Of a DNA stretch of 64,000 nucleotides, positions 56,163 through 64,000 are shown in pieces. Positions within the stretch are counted from its first letter, which is position 1; each line of letters begins with the position of its first letter. The translations under genes were made by a program, and so were the position numbers. The notes beneath the pieces were generated by a model. The model searched no databases. It saw nothing but the letters and a program-made list of their open reading frames with translations, and had not been told where the DNA came from. Origin of the DNA: an uncultured Rivularia sp. (lineage in GTDB: Bacteria; Cyanobacteriota; Cyanobacteriia; Cyanobacteriales; Nostocaceae); NCBI GenBank assembly GCA_963665115.1, contig OY762007.1, forward strand, positions 7,072,001 through 7,136,000. The letters are read 5' to 3'.

Positions 56163-56991
56163 CTACCTCCCCTCAAAAACCCCAATCGCATGAGGAATTT
56201 TCCTTCCTGTATCTATCAACGGTTTCCCATCAACTATAATCCCGGTACTTCCACCACCATCTAACATTGCACTGGTATTCGCACCAAAACACTTTAATGC
56301 ATTCGTAGCATCTACCTGACGAGCATAATTACTCGAATAAAAAATAACTGTCTCATTTAAATTATCGCCGTTGTCATCTCGCACACCTACAAAAGTTCTG
56401 GGTAAATATTTTTTTGCTGCTTTATTCGCATTTGCATCGAGTGCGCCGATTACTTCCGGAAAGCGTCGAAATGATTCTGTAGTATAAGGTTGGATGCTGG
56501 CGTTACCAGCTTGAGGATTGAACGAAAATGTGCGAATTTCTCCCGGATATTCATTGGCTATGCCGTATCCGTAGGTAATAATTTGATCGCGGGCTTTTAA
56601 ACCAAAGGCAATTCCTGTGGGTTTCTTGTTTGGTAGAAAAAAATGTACCGTTAATGACAACTCTTGCTTTTTGAGTTGATGTATTATTACTTACGGCATC
56701 TTGCCAAAATTGAGAAAGCGGTTTTTTGCTGACTCGACTTGCAGGAATTTTAAATACAGCACCAGTTAAATTAGCTATTTTTGCTTTTGTAGTTTGAATT
56801 ACAGTAATATATTCTTTTTTGCTACTTTTTTGGTTTTTGTAGTAGACTTTTACTCCAGAGGCTTTTAATATTGGTTGGAAGCCGCAAGTTGGTGGTATCG
56901 CTTTTACTGGATACCCTATACTTGTAAAAGTCAAGTTAATAGCAATGCTTAGGATACATATTTTCTGGAGTTTGATTACTTGTTTATACAT
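56163..56991 (-). CDS. Phosphodiester glycosidase (NAGPA/DUF2233) family exported protein (+1 frameshift at 56629-56631)
   Basis: Signal peptide, VINGTFF, PRTFVG and AMLDGGGST. Confidence 0.8.
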
Positions 56992-57430
56992 TTTGTTCGC
57001 GATTAATAGACAAAGATTTTAAAAGTATTTGTCAGTAAATTAAGTTTTTTGTCGAACAAAGTCAAAAGTACTCGAAAATATGGCTCATAAATAACCTAAG
57101 TGTTGCTCATAAAAATTCCGGTTAGTTAATCCAAATACTGGAAACATATGACAGATTGTTTCAGAAACGTGTAGTTTTGTACGTTTCGTAACCAAATATG
57201 TCAATTCTTATCTTTTCTTGCATTTCCCGGTTTAAGGACAAATTCTTAAGCAAATCTATCAATAGAGGGAATTGCTGTTAAAGGCTTAATCTTGAATGCC
57301 GCTTCTAAGCATTTTTGCTGCATTCAAGTAAAATGGCGACCAAAAATAGGAAATCGTCACAAATATTTCTGGTAAATCTAATCCGATCCCATCCCAGCAC
57401 AGTACAAGGCGCAGCGAGGCTATATAAATA

Positions 57431-60406
57431 ATGTTAAGCTTATCAGTTAATAATTCTCAACAATCCCAACAATTAAGTGATTCCGAAGACTGGGCAATTA
57501 TAGAAACAAGCTTTAATCCACACGAATTACATCATAAAGAAACAGTTTTTACTCTTAGTAATGGTTATTTGGGAGTGCGGGGTAGTTTTGAGGAAGGGTA
57601 CATTCACGAGCATTCCGGAACAATTGTGAATGGGGTTTACGATGATGTGGCGATCGCTGCAACTGAAATTGTAAATTGTCCTAACTGGCTACCTTTGACT
57701 ATTAAGGTGGCTGGGGAAACTTTTGCTATGGATAAGGGTGAGATACTTGAATACAAGCGCAGTCTTGATATGCGTTTAGGTATTTTAACCCGCGATGTTC
57801 GTTGGAAGTCACCATCAGGACATACTTTCGATTTGCATTTTGAGCGGTTTGTTTCTCTAGCTAGTCAACATTTTTTAGCAATTCATTGTGAAATAACTTC
57901 TTTAGATTATGCTGGTGAAATTGAAGTAACTATTGGGTTTGAGAGCGAGCCTCATACCCTGGGGATCGAACATTGGCAGACTGTTAAAGAAGGCGGTACG
58001 GATAAAATCATTTGGCTGCACGGTAAAACTTTGCACTCAGAAATTGAACTGAGCATGGCTGCAAAGTTAGTGGTAGAAAATGAATCTGATACCTTTGCTC
58101 GTGAATTTGAATGCAGTTCCGAACTTACAAAAAGTTTCCAAATAAAGCCGGGAGAAACGGTAAGTGTAGAAAAAATTGTCACGGTTTACACTTCACGAGA
58201 AACATCGACTCCGGCAGAAATTGCCTTAATGGATTTGGTGGAAGCACCCAGCTACAGCACAATGCTCGCAACTCATATTGCAGCATGGGAAAGAGTATGG
58301 CTTGATAGCGATGTCGTGATTGAAGGTGACGAAAAAGCACAGTTGAGCGTTCGTTACAATATCTTCCAAATCCTGGCTGCAACTCCCCGTCACGACGATA
58401 AAGTCAGTATTCCTCCTAAAACTCTTTCCGGTTTTGAATATCGCGGACATATCTTTTGGGATACGGAAATTTTTATCCTTCCCTTACTTACCTTTACTCA
58501 ACCAGCATTAGCTCGCAATCTGCTCAATTACCGCTACCACACTCTACCGGGAGCCAGACGCAAAGCCGAACAGCTTGGTTACAAAGGAGCAATGTTTGCT
58601 TGGGAAAGTGCCGCCACCGGAGACGAAGTAACTCCTTCATGGGTTCCCGATCCCAACGGTAAATTAGTCCGTATTTGGTGCGGGGAACTTGAAATTCACA
58701 TCAATGCAGATATTGCCTACGCTAGTTGGAACTATTGGCAGCATACTGGCGATAATCAATGGATGCGCGACTATGGCGCCGAAATGATTTTAGATACTGC
58801 GACTTTCTGGGAAAGTAGAGTTTCTTGGAACGAACAGCGTCAAAGTTATGACATTCTTAATGTTATTGGCCCCGATGAGAATCACGAGCAGGTTGATAAC
58901 AATGCCTTCACTAATGTAATGGTGCAGTGGCATTTAAATACTGTTGGGGAATTATGGGAATGGTTAACGAAGAATTATCCCGAAAAAGCCACACAGTTGG
59001 CAGTGAAGCTAAATATAAATCCCCAAAAGTTGGAAAAATTTGCTTTTATTGCCGATAATATCTACTTAAATCAAGATTCGGAAACGGGTTTAATCGAACA
59101 ATTTGATGGCTTCTACGATTTAGAATACGTCAACTTCGACGATTACGAACCACGCAATAAATCAATGCAGGGTATTTTGGGAGTTGAAGAAACCCAAGCC
59201 AGACAGATACTCAAACAGCCAGATGTATTGATGATGTTTTACATGATGCGCGACAGGTTCGACTTAGAGACCATTGCGAAAAACTGGAATTATTATACAC
59301 CTCGCACAGACCACGTTTATGGCTCTTCTTTGGGTCCGGCAATCAATGCCATTATTGCTTGCGACCTGAATAACCCAAGCGTTGCATATAGTCATTTTAT
59401 GCGTGCTGCTCTAGTGGATTTAGACAACGTTCGCAGCAATGCAAATCAGGGTATTCACGCAGCAAGTGCGGGTGGAGTCTGGCAAGCTGTTGTATTCGGA
59501 TTTGCAGGAATTAGAATTTCACAAAATGGAATTATTACCGCTCATCCCAATCTTCCCGCACACTGGAAGCGTTTGAAATTCCGCTTACAATGGCGTTCGG
59601 AATGGTACCAAGTTGATTTGAATGCTTCTCAAGCAGATGACAACAAGGAAGTTGAAATCATTCCTACTTCTCCCACTCCGATAATTTCTACCTCCCCTCA
59701 AACAGCCGTTTCTGATTCAACTTCCATTCAAGGAATTATCTTTGATTTAGACGGAGTAATCACCGACACCTCCGAATTCCATTATTTAGCTTGGAAAAAG
59801 CTGGCAGATCAAGAAGGCATTCCCTTTGACAGAGAAGCTAACGAAGGCTTACGAGGTATACCGCGTAGAGAATCTTTGATGGCTATATTGCAAGGTCATC
59901 CTGCTACTGAAGAACAGATTCAGGACATGATGGAACGTAAAAATAAATACTACATCGAACTGATGCAAAGTATTACACCTAAAGATTTGCTTCCTGGAGC
60001 TGGTGAGTTATTAGAAGAATTACAAGCAGCAGGTGTAAAGATAGCTTTGGGTTCCTCCAGTAAAAACGCTCGCACAGTAATCGAACGCTTGGGAATCGCA
60101 GATAAATTTGTGGCGATCGCCGACGGTTACAGCGTAGTTAAATCCAAGCCAGCACCAGATTTATTCCTCTTCGCAGCCAAGAAATTAGGAGTATCACCAC
60201 ATAACTGCATAGTTGTAGAAGATGCAACAGCAGGAATAGAAGCAGGGCTTGCTGCTGGGATGAAAGTAGTAGGATTAGGGCCAAAAGAGCGAGTAGGTAA
60301 AGCTCACATCGTATTACCTAGCTTAGAAGGCGTTACCTGGAAAGATTTGCAACAGCATTTAGCAAATTACCATAGTCAAGTTGGACGAATTAAAGCGAAA
60401 ATCTAA
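57431..60406 (+). CDS. GH65 alpha-glucoside phosphorylase fused to beta-phosphoglucomutase
   Basis: GH65 motifs ETVFTLSNGYLGVRG, YRGHIFWDTE, GPDENH and LKQPDV. C-terminal HAD motifs IFDLDGVITDT, SSSKN, KPAPD and VEDA. Confidence 0.92.
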   Translation: MLSLSVNNSQQSQQLSDSEDWAIIETSFNPHELHHKETVFTLSNGYLGVRGSFEEGYIHEHSGTIVNGVYDDVAIAATEIVNCPNWLPLTIKVAGETFAMDKGEILEYKRSLDMRLGILTRDVRWKSPSGHTFDLHFERFVSLASQHFLAIHCEITSLDYAGEIEVTIGFESEPHTLGIEHWQTVKEGGTDKIIWLHGKTLHSEIELSMAAKLVVENESDTFAREFECSSELTKSFQIKPGETVSVEKIVTVYTSRETSTPAEIALMDLVEAPSYSTMLATHIAAWERVWLDSDVVIEGDEKAQLSVRYNIFQILAATPRHDDKVSIPPKTLSGFEYRGHIFWDTEIFILPLLTFTQPALARNLLNYRYHTLPGARRKAEQLGYKGAMFAWESAATGDEVTPSWVPDPNGKLVRIWCGELEIHINADIAYASWNYWQHTGDNQWMRDYGAEMILDTATFWESRVSWNEQRQSYDILNVIGPDENHEQVDNNAFTNVMVQWHLNTVGELWEWLTKNYPEKATQLAVKLNINPQKLEKFAFIADNIYLNQDSETGLIEQFDGFYDLEYVNFDDYEPRNKSMQGILGVEETQARQILKQPDVLMMFYMMRDRFDLETIAKNWNYYTPRTDHVYGSSLGPAINAIIACDLNNPSVAYSHFMRAALVDLDNVRSNANQGIHAASAGGVWQAVVFGFAGIRISQNGIITAHPNLPAHWKRLKFRLQWRSEWYQVDLNASQADDNKEVEIIPTSPTPIISTSPQTAVSDSTSIQGIIFDLDGVITDTSEFHYLAWKKLADQEGIPFDREANEGLRGIPRRESLMAILQGHPATEEQIQDMMERKNKYYIELMQSITPKDLLPGAGELLEELQAAGVKIALGSSSKNARTVIERLGIADKFVAIADGYSVVKSKPAPDLFLFAAKKLGVSPHNCIVVEDATAGIEAGLAAGMKVVGLGPKERVGKAHIVLPSLEGVTWKDLQQHLANYHSQVGRIKAKI

Positions 60407-60466
60407 TAATAGGGAATAGGGCATTGGGCATTGGAACTTATTTCAATTCTCTATGCCCATTACCGT

Positions 60467-60503
60467 AAAAAAAAGGCATAAGAGGTAATCCCTCCTATGC
60501 CTT
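60467..60503 (-). terminator. Minus-strand intrinsic terminator with no adjacent protein gene
   Basis: AGGCATAGGAGG-GATTA-CCTCTTATGCCT followed by a U tract. The one non-Watson-Crick pair is G:U only on the minus strand. Confidence 0.75.
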
Positions 60504-60988
60504 GATTATGTGAGTGAGAAGAAATGCTGGACACAATTTGAAACGGACTATCTTGTATCCCATACTTGTAACTACTTATTAAGCAGCAAAACCTGTAAAA
60601 AAACCTAAACTTGATTAACTCGATTAAATATTTGAATTCGCTTTTCAAAACAATATATCTACTTTGTTTGTGGAATGAAAACCAGCGTTAAAGAGATAAT
60701 TTGTATTGCACGTTTGAGGTATTTAACTAAAAGGTTGCAGATTAAATTAACTTGGCGAAACTTAAAGGGTTAGATATATTTAAGACTTTAGATGTAATCT
60801 ATAATTTTCAAGTTTTTAAGCTTTATTAAAATAGACTTTCATACGTCCCGATACTGTTACGGTTGTCAAAAAGACGAAAAAGTTTAACAACAGGAATAAT
60901 TGACTGACACCTAAATCAAAGATTGAACCTCTATTAGATCGGAAAAGAGCAAATTATTTTTCTGTTCTAAACCTCTGTTCATTTTCCT

Positions 60989-61017
60989 AAAAGAGAGGCG
61001 CGACAGCGCCGCACCTC
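60989..61017 (-). terminator. Porin terminator
   Basis: GAGGTGCGGC / GTCGCGCCTC stem plus TCTTTT, about 20 nt after the stop. Confidence 0.7.
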
Positions 61018-61036
61018 GCTATTTAGGCTGACTCAA

Positions 61037-62572
61037 TTAGAACTTGAATGTTGTACGAACTGTACCAACAAACACGGTGTCTCTAGAGTTGTCATGCTCG
61101 GGGTTGAAGATAGCCAAGATACCAGGTGTAACGGTGATTCTGTCGTTAACCTTCATCTTGTAAAGACCTTCTAAGTGGTAGGAGGTACCACCATCTTCGT
61201 TAGCAGCAATGCTATTGTCAGTAACTTTAGGAGGCTGACCGAAGATAACACCCAAGGTATTACCTTTAGCGCCAAAGTCCTTGACACCTAAAGTAGCAGC
61301 CCAGTATTGGATATCTGCGCTATTGCTACTATTGTCTTGGTCAACGTTAGCCATACCGTACCAACCAGCAAGAGTGGCCTTCTTGTTTAGCTTGTAGCTA
61401 GCTTGTACGCTGTAGATGTCAGCGCTACCAGCAGCACCACCGAAAGGTTGGTCAGCATTTGAGCTTCCAGTGCTTCCGGTGAATCCCTTACCGTTACCAC
61501 GGTAAGCTCTAGCATAAGCTACACCTAAGTTGAGCTTTTTGCTAGGCTTGAATTCAACTTGACCGAAGAAGGTGTTATCACCATTGATAATACCTGTGCT
61601 GGTATCGTCAGAATTGTTAGAAACATAACCAGCAGCTACACCGAAAGGAGTCTTCTTGTCACCGTAATTAACGGTAACAGCACCTTGTCCGTTAGCTACA
61701 CGGTAGATGGGGTTGAAACGACCGTAACGAGAGATAGCACCAGAACCACTGCTCTTTAATACAGGGTTGAAGGTGTTAACGTTACCCTGCATTTCAGCAC
61801 CAATAGCGTCAATTTTAACGCTAAGCTTGTTGCTAGGCTTGAAGGTGTAGTTTAACTCGTCGATTTCAACGTCATTTCCGTTGTCACCATCAAAACCCAA
61901 GCGGCTCATGTTGCCAGCAGACTTGATTTTGGGAGTGTTGCGAGCTTGCAAACGAAGAGACAACTTGTCCTTACCAGTGAAGCTGCTTGTAATACCCAAG
62001 CGAACGCGGTTGGTAAGAATAGGATCGAAGTCATCTCCAGCATTGGTGTCTTCACCACCGAAAACATCGGATACTGCGAAGATTGCTTCACCCTTCAACT
62101 TAGCAGTTGTAGAGAATTGGTTAGCTTCCAATGCTTCAGTGCGGTACTCTAAACCATCTACTTTACCGCGTAGAGTAGCCAATTCACCTTGGAACTCTTC
62201 ACGTAGCTTGTTAACAGCAGCCATATCTGTAGTAGTTACAGTGGTGTTACCGCTAGCAGCGATTAACTGAGTCATGCGATCCAAGCAACCGTTTAAAAGA
62301 GCAGCAAACTCATAACGAGTCATGCTGCGGTTGCCTCTGTAGGTTCCGTCGGGATAACCAGCTACGCAACCATAACGCTCAACTAAGGATTTTACAGACT
62401 GATAAGCCCAGTGAGAAGGTTGAATGTCAGATAAGCTATCAACGGAAGTAACAATCGCTAATTGATCAACCGAGGTAATCTCTTCAGCTGCGAAAGCACC
62501 ATTGGCAACGAAAAATGTAGCAGCTAAAACAACTGGACTTAGCTTCAATACGTTCAGCAAAAGCTTCGCCAT
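61037..62572 (-). CDS. Cyanobacterial outer-membrane porin (SLH + OprB-type barrel)
   Basis: Signal peptide, SLH domain (SDIQPSHWAY...TRYEFAA), coiled coil, FSTTAKLKGEAIF and a terminal Phe. ATG at 62572. Confidence 0.93.
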   Translation of the reverse strand: MAKLLLNVLKLSPVVLAATFFVANGAFAAEEITSVDQLAIVTSVDSLSDIQPSHWAYQSVKSLVERYGCVAGYPDGTYRGNRSMTRYEFAALLNGCLDRMTQLIAASGNTTVTTTDMAAVNKLREEFQGELATLRGKVDGLEYRTEALEANQFSTTAKLKGEAIFAVSDVFGGEDTNAGDDFDPILTNRVRLGITSSFTGKDKLSLRLQARNTPKIKSAGNMSRLGFDGDNGNDVEIDELNYTFKPSNKLSVKIDAIGAEMQGNVNTFNPVLKSSGSGAISRYGRFNPIYRVANGQGAVTVNYGDKKTPFGVAAGYVSNNSDDTSTGIINGDNTFFGQVEFKPSKKLNLGVAYARAYRGNGKGFTGSTGSSNADQPFGGAAGSADIYSVQASYKLNKKATLAGWYGMANVDQDNSSNSADIQYWAATLGVKDFGAKGNTLGVIFGQPPKVTDNSIAANEDGGTSYHLEGLYKMKVNDRITVTPGILAIFNPEHDNSRDTVFVGTVRTTFKF

Positions 62573-62582
62573 GTTAACTTGT

Positions 62583-62592
62583 CTCCTCACAC
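62583..62592 (-). promoter_or_regulatory. Putative Yfr1 sRNA target site overlapping the porin RBS (GUGUGAGGAG)
   Basis: Exact complement of 10 nt of the conserved Yfr1 motif ACUCCUCACAC. Confidence 0.7.
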
Positions 62593-63560
62593 TATTAATA
62601 TTTAGGAAATTCCGTCTGTAGATATCTCAACTGAGGAACTATAGCATCAGCAATTAGTCAAGAAGTTGCCGCTCAGTTGCAATATCTCGTTTATTTAACA
62701 TCAATACCTTTTAAAGTTATTGAGTTAAAATTATAAAGATTGGTAAATGCTTACTTACTCCGAACGCTACTTGATAAGCGTTGATACTTCTGACTTCTTT
62801 TCACCATTACTGACACAAAAGCTTTGACCTAATACAGTATTAATCTCTAATAATTTCGGACTCTTTTCCTCTCCGATTGCATTCTTTAAATCGTCGCTTC
62901 TTACTTTAAGTGGAGTCATTCGCCGATGCTAGGATTTACTGCTTATCCAGAAGGTTTCTTCGTTCAATTCCTTCGTTGAGCTATCTGTACTAAATCTATC
63001 AGATAACATCTATCTTTGGGTGTGTGTTCGAGAACATTTAAACAAAAAAATAAAAATATTATTTTGTTGTGCTTTATTTTTGATATATTTTATTTAGTAA
63101 TTAGTAGCTTTAAACAAGAAATTAAGCATTATGTCTAGGCATTTGAAATTAAATATTTAATTAAACAATAATATACTCAGTTATATTTACTTTTATTTTA
63201 AACCGTTTGTAATTAATAATATATTTTTAAATACAATATATTTTTTTATTTATAAGTAATTAATCCTGGGATTATATGCTTTATTGTAGTTTACCTAAAA
63301 TTTTATTTTTAAAACGCAAAAGCTTGCAATATTTAATGTTCTGCCGCAGTTACAGTATTAATCCTTAATTATGAACCGAAACTAAGCATAAAAACTAGTA
63401 AATAATCTTTCTATATATATATTAATTAGCAAAAGATAATTTATTATTAAATAGTAAATATAAAAATAAAAGATCCGATTTTTTTTAAAAAGCGTTATAC
63501 CTATAGTTTGTATCCCCTCAAAATTTCGGGGTATCGGCTGTCTTGAATGTCAACTACGAT

Positions 63561-63722
63561 AAAAAAAAGCAGCGGCGCAACTGGGGAACCGCTACGCTGA
63601 TTTGACGGTACCAGGTAGGGGCAGATAGATTTTACATAGGCACAGAAAATAATCGTGCCCCCACCTGGCACTCCGCTGTCGCCGCCAAATCTTCCCCAGT
63701 TGCTGGATCTCTCGTGAGAGCA
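63561..63722 (-). ncRNA. ssrS: 6S RNA (probable)
   Basis: Long irregular rod of about 160 nt: closing stem GCAACTGGGGAA/TTCCCCAGTTGC, inner stem GTGCCAGGTGGGG/CCCCTACCTGGTAC and a central bubble. G:U pairs and a 3' hairpin plus U8 favour the minus strand. It resembles cyanobacterial 6S as recalled; ends are approximate. Confidence 0.7.
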
Positions 63723-64000
63723 ACAAATAAATAAAAATAATCAAAATCAAGAAATTGATTAATAGCGGAAGTTGCAAATAAGGTAAATTGTAAATATGCT
63801 ATCAAAGTAACTAAAAAAGTTTCAATCGCTTATAAAAACTATGAAGAAATAGATGTGGTTAATCCATGCACTTTACAGTATTCTACAACCAAGGATATGA
63901 GGGTTTAGCACAGTCTTAATATACAGGGGTGTTATTGAGGCATCCATGACCAACCATAGGAATTAGAAGAAGATTTCTTCCGAATAATTGTCCCCAAAGA

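Noticed and set aside
60460..60648. 62-aa minus-strand ORF over the sRNA candidate
   Set aside because: Non-ATG start without an RBS, and it reads through the terminator hairpin and U-tract.
63592..63777. 61-aa minus-strand ORF
   Set aside because: It overlaps the structured RNA, and its N-terminal hydrophobicity simply reflects T-rich intergenic DNA.

Overview
This is an AT-rich chromosomal window from a filamentous cyanobacterium, probably Nostocales (Rivularia/Calothrix-like by inference). The evidence is about 20 HIP1 octamers (GCGATCGC), heptameric STRR tracts, chlL/chlN, the panC-cmk fusion, Ni-SOD (sodN/sodX) and an SLH-OprB porin. It is mostly housekeeping genes: yqeK-rsfS-ycf36-asparaginase-tRNA-fMet, queE, clpB, purM, rlpA, nupC, a GH65/beta-PGM fusion and a probable 6S RNA. 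It also carries several signalling genes, a VapBC-like accessory islet and many small palindromic (REP/MITE-like) repeats. At least eight otherwise intact genes are broken by single +1 insertions, mostly in short homopolymers, which looks like sequencing or assembly error. No CRISPR array, transposase, integrase, reverse transcriptase or phage gene was seen. The best candidates for undescribed biology are: (i) a divergent amidohydrolase / cysteine-hydrolase / cupin module for an unknown N-rich substrate; (ii) an orphan minus-strand sRNA candidate downstream of the porin; (iii) covarying GTAG-hairpin mini-elements that sit at gene breakpoints and seed a 20-bp minisatellite beside tRNA-fMet; (iv) a DUF5895 SSB-like gene with a possibly switchable leader. 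All functional calls come from motif recognition only; no searches were run.
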